In this document: piece by piece, positions 19,533 through 28,629 of the stretch
Numbering within the stretch: position 1 is the first letter of the stretch
Layout of the letters: each line of letters opens with the position of its first letter
DNA from: Nitrosopumilus sp. BACL13 MAG-121220-bin23
GTDB lineage: Archaea; Thermoproteota; Nitrososphaeria; Nitrososphaerales; Nitrosopumilaceae
Reading direction: 5' to 3'
Length of the DNA stretch: 64,000 bases
NCBI GenBank assembly: GCA_001437625.1
Contig: LIAL01000001.1
Coordinates: forward strand, 756 to 64,755
The notes under the pieces: generated by a model
What the model was told of the DNA's origin: nothing
Seen by the model: only the letters and a program-made list of their open reading frames with translations
Databases searched by the model: none
Made by a program: the position numbers and the translations under genes

Positions 19533-20342
19533 TTATTTTATTTTTTTTAATTGAGTCTCTATAATACCTTTAAAATTTTCAAAAGGATGTGCTCCTTTTA
19601 ATTCAATAAATCCAATTTCATCATTTCCAATAAAAAATCCTGGTGTCCCTGAAATCCCATACGCTCTACCGTCATCTAGATCTTTTTGAATTTCTTTGTC
19701 ATATTTTCCATTTCTCAGACAAGAATCAAATTTTTCTTCTTCTATCTCCATTTCTAATGAATATTGATTAAATAAAATAATCACATTATCTGTATTTTTA
19801 CTGTTCCATTCATTTTGGTTTTCAAATAATTTATCGTGCATTTCTTTAAATTTCCCTTGCTCATTTGCACATTCTGCTGCTGTTGATGCTATCCATGCGT
19901 TAGAATGAATACTTTGAATTGGAAAATCTCTGAACACTAATTTGACTTTACCTTTTTTGATATATTCCTCCGTAATTTTTGGAAGTGTCTGTATGTGGAA
20001 TTTTGCACAAAATGGACATTGAAAATCTGAAAATTCTATTATTGTGATTGGTGCATTTGAATCTCCTATGATTGGATCATTATCTGCTGATATTTTTAGT
20101 TCAATAATTGGTTTGTTTGAAGGTAGTTTGTTTTGAAGAATTTTTAATTCTAATTTTGCAATTGCCTCGTTTAGTTCTTCTTGTGAAATTTGATTTGAAT
20201 CTAAATTTGATATGTGTAATCCTCCAAGAAATGCTGCAACTCCTATGACTATGATGATTGTCATGATTAATCCATTAAATGTTGATTTTTTCACTATTTT
20301 TTCATTTTTTTTAATTCTATCTTCAAAATTTTCTGAAGTCAA
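19533..20342 (-). CDS. membrane-anchored DsbA-family thiol:disulfide oxidoreductase
   Basis: N-terminal TM helix and thioredoxin-fold active site FSDFQCPFCAKFH. Confidence 0.8.
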   Translation of the reverse strand: MTSENFEDRIKKNEKIVKKSTFNGLIMTIIIVIGVAAFLGGLHISNLDSNQISQEELNEAIAKLELKILQNKLPSNKPIIELKISADNDPIIGDSNAPITIIEFSDFQCPFCAKFHIQTLPKITEEYIKKGKVKLVFRDFPIQSIHSNAWIASTAAECANEQGKFKEMHDKLFENQNEWNSKNTDNVIILFNQYSLEMEIEEEKFDSCLRNGKYDKEIQKDLDDGRAYGISGTPGFFIGNDEIGFIELKGAHPFENFKGIIETQLKKIK

Positions 20343-20424
20343 ATATTCTATTTTAAAATTTAGTGTACTTATTCGTATTGCATCTTTTTAAAAAATGTCT
20401 ATTTTCTTTTTTAAAAATTAAAAG

Positions 20425-20498
20425 AGCCAATGACGGGATCTGAACCCATGACCTACTGATTACAAATCAGTTGCTCTACCAGGCTGAGCTACATTGGC
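20425..20498 (-). tRNA. tRNA-Thr (anticodon UGU)
   Basis: Hand-folded cloverleaf: GCCAATG/CATTGGC acceptor, GCTC..GAGC D stem, ACTGA-TTTGTAA-TCAGT anticodon arm, ATGGG-TTCAGAT-CCCGT T arm. No encoded CCA. Confidence 0.9.
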
Positions 20499-20602
20499 AC
20501 GAAATAAAATAAAATTTTTCAAGCTTTAAAGTGTTGCCTGAGGCGCTGTTTTTACTTTTAAAAATAATTGATTTACCTGTCAACTTATAATATTGTGTCT
20601 TT

Positions 20603-20851
20603 TTGATATTTTATATGAGATACATCGAGCCAACTAAAGTTAAGGTTCTAATGATAATGTTTTTTGCAACTGGGGCAGTTGGTGTACTTGTTGGATTATC
20701 TGGTGTTACCCCGCCTAATTTGAAAATTATGATCACTCTCATGAGTATAATCAATATTGGACTTGGTGCTTTCTTCACATTCATCTATTTGACTCAAATT
20801 CAAGGCGAACCTGATGCAAGAAAGAAAAAGAGAAAGCAAAAATTAGATTAA
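20603..20851 (+). CDS. small membrane protein (2 TM) with a basic tail; the true start is probably ATG at 20615
   Basis: 82 aa with two hydrophobic helices and a KKKRKQK C-terminus. Confidence 0.45.
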   Translation: MIFYMRYIEPTKVKVLMIMFFATGAVGVLVGLSGVTPPNLKIMITLMSIINIGLGAFFTFIYLTQIQGEPDARKKKRKQKLD

Positions 20852-20914
20852 TTTCGTCTTTTATCTTCTTAGAATTAAAGTATAAATAATAATTGTTTTG
20901 TCTGAAATTCAGAA

Positions 20915-21466
20915 ATGTTGGATTTAGTAGCTAAGGAATTATTTCTTACAAAAGGCAAGGGTGTACATGAAGATAGATTAACTAGTTTTGAATATGCCCT
21001 AAGAGATGCAGGTATTGCTGGAACTAACCTTGTACTGATTTCTAGTATATTTCCACCCAAGGCTAAATTGATTTCTCGTAAAGAAGGTTTGAAAAAAATT
21101 AAACCTGGCCAAATTTTATTTACAATATATTCCAAAAATCAAACTAAAGAACCCTATCGGGTTTGCTCTGCATCTGTTGGGATTGCACAACCAAAAGATA
21201 CTGAGCGATATGGATATCTATCTGAATACGAATCTTTTGGTCAAAATGAAATTCAAGCAGGTGATTATGCTGAAGATATTGCTGCACAAATGCTGGCATC
21301 CTCATTGGGAATCCCTTTTGATGCTGATAAAGACTGGGATGAAAAAAGACAACAATGGTTAATTTCTGGTAAAATTTACAATACTCACAATACGACCCAA
21401 TCTACTAAAGGTGACAAAGATGGAAAATGGACCACTGTTTTTGCAGCTGCCGTACTTTTAGTTTAA
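20915..21466 (+). CDS. pdaD: pyruvoyl-dependent arginine decarboxylase
   Basis: ELFLTKGKGVHEDRLTSFEYALRDAGIAGTNLVLISSIFPP, with the self-cleavage SS site in the expected place; 183 aa. Confidence 0.85.
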   Translation: MLDLVAKELFLTKGKGVHEDRLTSFEYALRDAGIAGTNLVLISSIFPPKAKLISRKEGLKKIKPGQILFTIYSKNQTKEPYRVCSASVGIAQPKDTERYGYLSEYESFGQNEIQAGDYAEDIAAQMLASSLGIPFDADKDWDEKRQQWLISGKIYNTHNTTQSTKGDKDGKWTTVFAAAVLLV

Positions 21467-22624
21467 TTATTTTTTATATCCTTTAAGATAAAATATCGCT
21501 GCCCCAATTGAAACTATTGTTATTATAATTATAACTACAATGGATTCGTCTAATTCTATTTCTTTAGACTGTAGATTACTTCCCCCTAATGAGAATTTCA
21601 TTTCATTTTCATTTATTGATATGTTTTCTCCAAAAATAAATTTCCCTTGAATTGTTTCTCCTCTCTGAGGATCAAAAATCCATCCTTTTTTTGCAATCTC
21701 TATTGGCATTTCCATTCCATCTATCTTTTGTGTTGGTATGATATCTCCCTTAACATCTGACACATTTGTTTCGTCATTTGATATTATCACTATTTGAAAT
21801 ATTGAATTTAGTGGATAATTTCCTGAAGAAAAATAATTTGATCTATTTAGATTCTCTATGTTAAAAAATTCAAGAGGGTTGATTTTTGGTGTTACTTTTT
21901 CCATTTGACTTGTAATTGGACTATTTACTGAAACCCTTAATTGTAAAAGTGATTTTGATTCTAGTGGTGTTATTGAAAATGACATTTTAGCATTTTGTTT
22001 CATTGAGAGTATTTTTGCATTATCGTAGAATCCTCCTCCATCTCTAATTGATTTTGAAAGTAGCATTGATGATAATTTACCATACATTGAACCTGTATCC
22101 TCCATTGGCATTGTGTATACTGCTGAAATTGTACCACTACCTGAAATAATACCTGATGTGTCTAATGCCTGATTTGTGTCATCATTTGTGTGGATGTATA
22201 CTTGAAAAAATTTAGCATTCGTATCAAAAACCCGATTCACTGCATCTATGTATGAATCCGCTATTTCTCTGGTGTTATCCTGTATTGCAAAAATACCTTT
22301 GTCTTCTGGACTTCTTTCTATGTTGATAATTATGCATGATTGATCATAGACTCCTAATGTACAATTATTTTGATTTGTTATGACAACTGCTTGAATTCTT
22401 TTACTTTCTCTTATTTTTTGTTCTAATTCTGTTGGAATTATAATTTCTTGAATGTTAGAACTTGATAATGTGATTGATGTTATGCTCTCAAAATTTATTT
22501 TTTTATCTATGATTACCTGTGCTGATTCTTGAAATGTTGCTAAACCTATTTCTTGTGAATGTGCATAATTTGTTGAAATACCTGCAATTCCAATTATGGC
22601 TATGATTAATATTATTTTTAACAT
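21467..22624 (-). CDS. secreted protein with an N-terminal signal and a C-terminal TM anchor, hypothetical
   Basis: MLKIILIIAIIGIAGIST signal and C-terminal VVIIIITIVSIGAAIFYLKGYKK anchor; 385 aa. Confidence 0.55.
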   Translation of the reverse strand: MLKIILIIAIIGIAGISTNYAHSQEIGLATFQESAQVIIDKKINFESITSITLSSSNIQEIIIPTELEQKIRESKRIQAVVITNQNNCTLGVYDQSCIIINIERSPEDKGIFAIQDNTREIADSYIDAVNRVFDTNAKFFQVYIHTNDDTNQALDTSGIISGSGTISAVYTMPMEDTGSMYGKLSSMLLSKSIRDGGGFYDNAKILSMKQNAKMSFSITPLESKSLLQLRVSVNSPITSQMEKVTPKINPLEFFNIENLNRSNYFSSGNYPLNSIFQIVIISNDETNVSDVKGDIIPTQKIDGMEMPIEIAKKGWIFDPQRGETIQGKFIFGENISINENEMKFSLGGSNLQSKEIELDESIVVIIIITIVSIGAAIFYLKGYKK

Positions 22625-22747
22625 ATGATGACCATCGTATGATGAAATATTAAATTTACTTATCTTTAATTATCCTATTTTTAACACACTCTTATGGTTA
22701 TCTGTTTTTTAGAGCCTCTTATTTTGATGTGTGCCCTCTCTGAATAA

Positions 22748-23320
22748 ATGGCATTAATTCCTATACTTGTTGAAAGTTTCAATGATCCTTTAATCCAATT
22801 AATTGTAATTTTAACCACATTTGGAATTGGATTGTCACAAGGAATCATTTTAGGTAGGGCAATTCTTCAAAGATTCCCTCGTTTACAAAATCATGTAAAA
22901 ACTGTATCCTTCACATTCTTTATTTTATTTTTAATAAATGCCGTTCTTAGTGTTCCACGTTTTCAATCCCCGACAAAAATTGATTTAACTAATTTATCTG
23001 TGGCTAGTAGCGGAGATGTAGTTTCTTCAGTATTTTTGATTTTTGGAATGAATACTGGATTTCTAACTGTATTAGCTATTTCTATTATGGTCATGACTTT
23101 TGTTGTTTTAAAATTTACAAATCTACACGGAATTGTAAAGGGATTTGTTTTCTTTTTTAGTGCATTATTACTGATTTTTACTGCCTTGAGTAGATTCACT
23201 GATCTTACTCCCAGCACTTTTGAAGTTCTACTTTATTTTCTTTATCAATTAGGAATTACAATTGGAATTTTATTAGGCACGATAAGAAAAATTAAACCTA
23301 AAAAATTAGACTTAAAATAA
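22748..23320 (+). CDS. polytopic membrane protein, hypothetical
   Basis: 190 aa with ~5 hydrophobic helices. Confidence 0.55.
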   Translation: MALIPILVESFNDPLIQLIVILTTFGIGLSQGIILGRAILQRFPRLQNHVKTVSFTFFILFLINAVLSVPRFQSPTKIDLTNLSVASSGDVVSSVFLIFGMNTGFLTVLAISIMVMTFVVLKFTNLHGIVKGFVFFFSALLLIFTALSRFTDLTPSTFEVLLYFLYQLGITIGILLGTIRKIKPKKLDLK

Positions 23321-23379
23321 TTCAAAGGTTTAAATCATATTATTTTTGATACAGAAATGACATCGAATTCAAACCGTTC

Positions 23380-23420
23380 GGGGAACAAGCCGGTAGTCCA
23401 TGCGTTGGACTACCGGCCCC
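23380..23420 (+). ncRNA. GC-rich perfect hairpin (candidate small structured RNA or terminator element)
   Basis: GCCGGTAGTCC-atgcgtt-GGACTACCGGC (11 bp, no mismatch) at 23389-23417, extended by GGG/CCC across an AACAA bulge. It is intergenic between two + strand genes. Confidence 0.35.
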
Positions 23421-23488
23421 ATTATTCTAAAATTTAAAAAAACTATTCCTGGCAATCCTTTATAGATAAAATAATTTTAATCACAATT

Positions 23489-23947
23489 ATGAATAAATTT
23501 ATCACAATTGGTGATGAAAAAGTAAGCGTTACTGAAATAGAAAATGCAAAAACTATTCCTGAATTATTGCAATCTAGAGTTCAATATGCCATTTTGGATC
23601 AACTAAATGACATGGTTGCTCGAACTGGAATGGGAAATCCTGATGAAGTTAAAAAACTAGTCCTTCGAGATATCGCTTTTACACGAGGTGGATATTCTTC
23701 TTCTTTTACTTTTCAAATGGCTAATCAGGCAGTCAATATCACTGAAGTTGATTTTACAAGTGAAAAAAATATCTCTGAATTATTGACGTTAAGAGTTCAA
23801 TATGCAATCTTGGATCAACTCAATCATTTACTTTCTCAATCTGATAACCCTGATTATTCATTAAAAAAAATTAAAGACTCACTTGTTTTAGACATTTCAA
23901 AAATTATTGATACTTTTACTCCCACAAAAAATAGTGATGATAATTAA
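23489..23947 (+). CDS. hypothetical protein built from an internal duplication
   Basis: IPELLQSRVQYAILDQLNDM (nt ~23555-23611) and ISELLTLRVQYAILDQLNHL (nt ~23771-23827) repeat within 152 aa. Confidence 0.5.
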   Translation: MNKFITIGDEKVSVTEIENAKTIPELLQSRVQYAILDQLNDMVARTGMGNPDEVKKLVLRDIAFTRGGYSSSFTFQMANQAVNITEVDFTSEKNISELLTLRVQYAILDQLNHLLSQSDNPDYSLKKIKDSLVLDISKIIDTFTPTKNSDDN

Positions 23948-23979
23948 CATAATTTTAAAATATAATTTTAAACTTCGAT

Positions 23980-25752
23980 CTAATTTAATGATGACAGTAC
24001 TTTGACTTGCTCACTGACATAATCAAAACCTTCTTGCCAAAATTTGGGTGATTTGATGTCAAATCCGTGCTCTAATAGTAATTTTTCTGGTTTTTTTGAA
24101 CCACCAGCTGCTAAAATATCCATATATGATTTTACAAAATCATTTCCTTCTTTTTTATATCTCTGGAATAGGGATAATGCTAACAAATTCCCAAATGAGT
24201 ATGCATAGCAATAAAATGGTGTGTGGTAAAAATGTGGGATACAACTCCACTCAATTGCAAAATCTTCTGAGATATTCACTGAATTACCAAATTGCTCTTT
24301 CAAGTTTTGCAAGTACATCTTTGAAATTTCATCTATTGTGGTTCCTTTACCAATTTGTTCATGTGCATCAACTTCAAAAATTGTGAAATATGATTGTCTG
24401 AGTATTGTTGCATAGAGATCATCAATCTTTTCAGATAACATGATCTTCTTTTGATCATCTGATATCTTATCTGCTAAGTTATCATAAAGTAACAATTCTG
24501 AAAATGTTGATGCTGTTTCAGCTAACGGCAATGGTGCATCTTGAACAAGAATTGATCTGTCTTGTGCTGCCTGACTATGTACTGCATGACCTAATTCATG
24601 AGCTAAAGTAAAAACATCTCTTGATTTACCTGTAAAATTTACCAAAACATATGGTGTGATTTTTGGAGTGAGTGTGCTACAGAATGCTCCATCTCTTTTT
24701 CCTGGCCTAATTGATGAATCAATATGATTCTCATTGAATACTTTTCTAGCATACTCTTCTAGAGTACTACTAAACTTTCCAAGTGACTCAAATACCAATT
24801 TTACAGATTGATTATACGAATAATTTTTTTCTTTAATTTTTGCTGCTGCTGGTGCATAAAGATCATACCTTTGTAATTTTTTCATGTTTAGCATTTTTGC
24901 TTTTTGAAGGAAAAATTTTTGAAATACAGTTGAGTTTTTTCGGCAAATTGAAAGAAGCGATTCTATTGTTTTATCATCTACATCATTAGCAATATTTCTC
25001 ATTGATATTGGAGTTTTGTACCCTCTAAGTTCTATTCCTTCATCTTTCCAATTAAGAACAATATTTTGATAAATTTCACCAATAACTCCTTTGTTTTCTT
25101 CATATTTACTTAGAATTGTTTTGTAAGCTGTTTCTCTAATTTTTGGATTTGTACTTCTAACATAATTTGTTAGTTCTTCTCTTGTCATTGTTTTTGTTTT
25201 GTTGCCAATTTTCATTTTGTATTCATAGACATTGGTTATTTTATCATACAATTTTACTAGTGCTGAAATCCCTGTAACATCTAATGTGTTTATGATTTTT
25301 TCTTCTGATTCACTTAATGCATATTTTGCAAATAATCTTTTGTATGCTAAATATTCTTTTAGCTCTCCTGTGTCCTCCATTAATCGTTTAGCATTTTTTT
25401 CATCTACTTGTGTTTTCCACCATAAATCAAAAAATAAAATTTTGTTTGAAATTTCTGAACCTAATTTTGACATTTGAGTCATTAACGAAGTTGCTTCATC
25501 TGATTGAGTGTCTGCTGAATATGCAAGTGATGCATATCCTCCAATTTTACTCATCTTATGTGAAATTTCTTCAACTTGTTGTAGGATTATTTTAAATTGC
25601 TTAGATGTCATTTTTGAGTTTAAATTAATTTTAATTTTTTCAAATTTCTTTGCTTGATTTTCTAAATCTTTAATTTGTTTTTTAAATGCAGGACTTTTTG
25701 GATTTTTTGCTAATTCTGATAAATCCCATTTACCTAATTCGTACTCTGACAT
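23980..25752 (-). CDS. pepF: oligoendopeptidase F (M3B metallopeptidase)
   Basis: HELGHAVH zinc motif; 590 aa; overall PepF-like layout. Confidence 0.85.
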   Translation of the reverse strand: MSEYELGKWDLSELAKNPKSPAFKKQIKDLENQAKKFEKIKINLNSKMTSKQFKIILQQVEEISHKMSKIGGYASLAYSADTQSDEATSLMTQMSKLGSEISNKILFFDLWWKTQVDEKNAKRLMEDTGELKEYLAYKRLFAKYALSESEEKIINTLDVTGISALVKLYDKITNVYEYKMKIGNKTKTMTREELTNYVRSTNPKIRETAYKTILSKYEENKGVIGEIYQNIVLNWKDEGIELRGYKTPISMRNIANDVDDKTIESLLSICRKNSTVFQKFFLQKAKMLNMKKLQRYDLYAPAAAKIKEKNYSYNQSVKLVFESLGKFSSTLEEYARKVFNENHIDSSIRPGKRDGAFCSTLTPKITPYVLVNFTGKSRDVFTLAHELGHAVHSQAAQDRSILVQDAPLPLAETASTFSELLLYDNLADKISDDQKKIMLSEKIDDLYATILRQSYFTIFEVDAHEQIGKGTTIDEISKMYLQNLKEQFGNSVNISEDFAIEWSCIPHFYHTPFYCYAYSFGNLLALSLFQRYKKEGNDFVKSYMDILAAGGSKKPEKLLLEHGFDIKSPKFWQEGFDYVSEQVKVLSSLN

Positions 25753-25815
25753 TATTTTTATTATTTTTTAACTATTAAAAAATGAATGTCTTTTAATTTT
25801 TTAATTCTATTTTTT

Positions 25816-26352
25816 TTAGATAACTTCTGCTTCTTGTTCTTTAATTATGTTCAATGTCATACTAGTTTTGAGATTTGGTAATCCTCTGATCGCTCTAGTT
25901 ATCACATCTTGTAAAACCTCTTCACATGATGACTCAATTCTACAAATTACATCATAATATCCAAAAACTACGTCTGCTTCTTTTACTTCTGGTATTTTAC
26001 AAATATTTTTTAATATTGTATATTCTTGACCCTTTTCACAATGAAATACAACATATGCCTGACTACTGTTTTTCCCTAACATTGCACCTACTAGTTTTTC
26101 TGATATTTGGAATAATTCTCCAGACTCTGAACTTGTTAATGTCATACTGGTTTGAATTTTTGGTATTTTTCGAATTTTCTGTGTAACAATTTCTTGAATT
26201 TTTTTATCTGTTGTACATTCAATTTGTGCTACAATATCGTACAATCCAAATGTTCCATGAGCCTCTTTTATTCCAACTATTTTTTTTAATTCTTGAATAA
26301 CCTCTTTTTCTTCTCCTAATTTACAATTCATCATAACGTATGCTTTTGACAT
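25816..26352 (-). CDS. tandem (double) Lrp/AsnC-type RAM domain protein without HTH
   Basis: Two copies of the RAM pattern: YVMMNCKLGEEKEVIQEL...HGTFGLYDIVAQIE and YVVFHCEKGQEYTILKNI...DVVFGYYDVICRIE. Confidence 0.65.
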   Translation of the reverse strand: MSKAYVMMNCKLGEEKEVIQELKKIVGIKEAHGTFGLYDIVAQIECTTDKKIQEIVTQKIRKIPKIQTSMTLTSSESGELFQISEKLVGAMLGKNSSQAYVVFHCEKGQEYTILKNICKIPEVKEADVVFGYYDVICRIESSCEEVLQDVITRAIRGLPNLKTSMTLNIIKEQEAEVI

Positions 26353-26462
26353 TAATATCGCATCCCTTTGTAAATTTTATTTTGAATAATCATCTAAAAC
26401 TTTATACAAAAATAGCATAAAAGTTTTCACAGATAACTTTGTAATAATTTCAAGTTTTCTAA

Positions 26463-26726
26463 CTAAAATCCGTAATATTCTTCATGGATATAACACCATT
26501 TCCAAATATTATCCGGGGTGGATTTCATTATTGGATGACCTGTTTCCTCAAAATGTTTTGTTGCATGCTTTCCTATTGATGAATCACAACAACCTACATG
26601 CCCACATGTTAAACACATTCGAAGAGCAACTGTAGGTAGGTGTTGTTTTTTACATTCTTCACAGTATTTTGTATTTGGTAAAATATTTTCTTTTTTTTGT
26701 AGAAAATGTTGACAATCTTTTTGCAT
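26463..26726 (-). CDS. stand-alone UBP-type zinc finger (zf-UBP) protein
   Basis: CEECKKQHLPTVALRMCLTCGHVGCCDSSIGKHATKHFEETGHPIM...WKWCY matches the zf-UBP Cys/His pattern. Confidence 0.7.
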   Translation of the reverse strand: MQKDCQHFLQKKENILPNTKYCEECKKQHLPTVALRMCLTCGHVGCCDSSIGKHATKHFEETGHPIMKSTPDNIWKWCYIHEEYYGF

Positions 26727-26730
26727 TTTT

Positions 26731-27270
26731 CTAATCTTTTTTTAGAGTATCATTGTATCTTTTAATGGATTCAACAATTACTGCCTTGGCGTCTTTTGCT
26801 GATTTCCATCCTATAATTTCTACTTTTTTTCCTTCTAATTCCTTGTATACTTCGAAAAAATGAGCAATCTCTAAACGATTATGATCTTCCATATCTGAAG
26901 TGTCTACTGTTTTTAAATATCTTGGATCATTTGTTGAAACACAAATAATTTTATCATCTGATTCCCCATCATCGTTCATTTGCAATAGTCCTATTGGTCT
27001 TGATTCTATTAAAACACCTGGATATGTTGGATTTGTAACTAATACTAGTGCATCCAATGGATCTCCGTCTTCAGATAATGTCTGTGGGATGAGTCCATAA
27101 TCTCCTGGATAATGAAATGGTGAAAATAACACTCTATCTAATTTTATTATATTATGTTCTTTATCATATTCGTATTTGTTCATTGAACCTTTTGGTATCT
27201 CCACTATAACGTTAATTTTTTCTGGAATATCTGGACCTGTTTCAATATCGTGCCAAAGGTTTTTACTCAT
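26731..27270 (-). CDS. ppa: inorganic pyrophosphatase (family I)
   Basis: INVIVEIPKGSMNKYEYDKE..., YPGDYGLIPQTLSEDGDPLDALVL; 179 aa. Confidence 0.9.
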   Translation of the reverse strand: MSKNLWHDIETGPDIPEKINVIVEIPKGSMNKYEYDKEHNIIKLDRVLFSPFHYPGDYGLIPQTLSEDGDPLDALVLVTNPTYPGVLIESRPIGLLQMNDDGESDDKIICVSTNDPRYLKTVDTSDMEDHNRLEIAHFFEVYKELEGKKVEIIGWKSAKDAKAVIVESIKRYNDTLKKD

Positions 27271-27379
27271 TTTCTAGATGTCATAATTATTCCTCAGTAT
27301 ATGAATTCTGTGAATATTTTTTAAAATTTCTTAAACATTTCATATATAATTATTGAGACCATCTGGATTTAATCTAATT

Positions 27380-27808
27380 CTATACAGTTGGATTTGTATT
27401 TGGAATTACCTTGAATATCTTTACAGTATAATCTCCATAAAAGATATCTTTGGATTCTCCTGTATTGTGGTCTAATGTTCTAGCTCTAAACTTGTATTCG
27501 TATGACCCATCACCTTTGGTGTCTACCTGTGCTACATGAACTGGTTCATTTTCTTTGTAAAATTGAATTATTACTGGATATCTTTCAATTACCTCTGAAG
27601 CTGTACCCCACACTTTACCCCATGGTAATTTGTTATTTTCAGGAACCGTCATAGTAACTGTGGTTACCTCTAAACTCATTTTATCATTAATTGGTCTTAC
27701 ATTGATACTATTTTGATCTGTTTGTGCAATGACATCGTTTGGAGCAATCATTACTACAAACACGGTCATTATTGATGCGATTATCAGTAAATTCATTTTT
27801 GTATTCAT
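27380..27808 (-). CDS. secreted hypothetical protein
   Basis: Signal peptide MNTKMNLLIIASIMTVFVVMIAPNDVIA; 142 aa, beta-rich. Confidence 0.5.
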   Translation of the reverse strand: MNTKMNLLIIASIMTVFVVMIAPNDVIAQTDQNSINVRPINDKMSLEVTTVTMTVPENNKLPWGKVWGTASEVIERYPVIIQFYKENEPVHVAQVDTKGDGSYEYKFRARTLDHNTGESKDIFYGDYTVKIFKVIPNTNPTV

Positions 27809-27873
27809 TTCAAATTATGTTGTTTTAATCTCACTTAAATAATTTATTACCAACTTCTACTAGTTCTTTATTT

Positions 27874-28572
27874 TTATTCTAAAATATCATAATATTGATT
27901 TAGACGTTGGGTTAGCAAGTCTTTGTAATCTTCAGTATTTTTTACAAATTCCATTCTTGAATTTTTTTCACTACTGACTAGGATGACCACTTGTTTAACT
28001 TCAATACCTGTTAATTCTTTGAACATTTTTGCATATGCTGTACCTTGAATAAAATGATCTGTCATCCATTCTTCTTTTTGATTACTTCTTTTTGTTTTAT
28101 AATCAATAATTGATAATTCCCCCTCATATTCTGCTATACAATCTGAAGTTCCGGCAAGTTTCATTGCATAACTATAAAGTCTTAATTCTGTTCCATACAC
28201 ATTATCAATTTTTTGTAAAAATGGAATTAAATTATTAAAATGTGCAACTGATAGTAATCTTATTTGGTCTGTTTGTCTTACTTCGTTAATGTAATTTTCA
28301 ATTAATTTGTGAGTTTCTGTACCTATAGTTACTGCTTCGCTAGTAATGTACTCTGCTGCTACTTCTCGTTCTTTCCAATTTTGTAAACTTTCTTTTTTTT
28401 CAATTGACATTGTTTTTTGTAGTATTGTTGTAATTGATGGAAAAATTTCTCCACTGGGAGTTTCATAATAATGTGCATTATCTTTTTCAATTAATTTCGC
28501 TTGCTGAAAATTAATTGGAATGTGGTTATAGGATGACATTTTTATAATTATTTTATTGGTTAATATAGTCAT
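27874..28572 (-). CDS. PD-(D/E)XK (RecB/Cas4-like fold) nuclease family protein; the start is possibly Met12 at 28539
   Basis: Ordered motifs GTETH, SDCIAEYEGELSIIDYKTK (D...D/ExK) and QGTAYAKMF (QxxxY). The N-terminal YYETPSGEIFPSITTIL resembles phage-encoded exonucleases (from memory). Confidence 0.55.
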   Translation of the reverse strand: MTILTNKIIIKMSSYNHIPINFQQAKLIEKDNAHYYETPSGEIFPSITTILQKTMSIEKKESLQNWKEREVAAEYITSEAVTIGTETHKLIENYINEVRQTDQIRLLSVAHFNNLIPFLQKIDNVYGTELRLYSYAMKLAGTSDCIAEYEGELSIIDYKTKRSNQKEEWMTDHFIQGTAYAKMFKELTGIEVKQVVILVSSEKNSRMEFVKNTEDYKDLLTQRLNQYYDILE

Positions 28573-28629
28573 TTTGTATTTTTATCTTTTTTAAAAATAT
28601 TCTAATTTGTAAATATTAAATTAAAATAA

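Noticed and set aside
20875-21135. 86-aa minus-strand ORF
   Set aside because: It overlaps pdaD on the opposite strand, and pdaD has strong family motifs.
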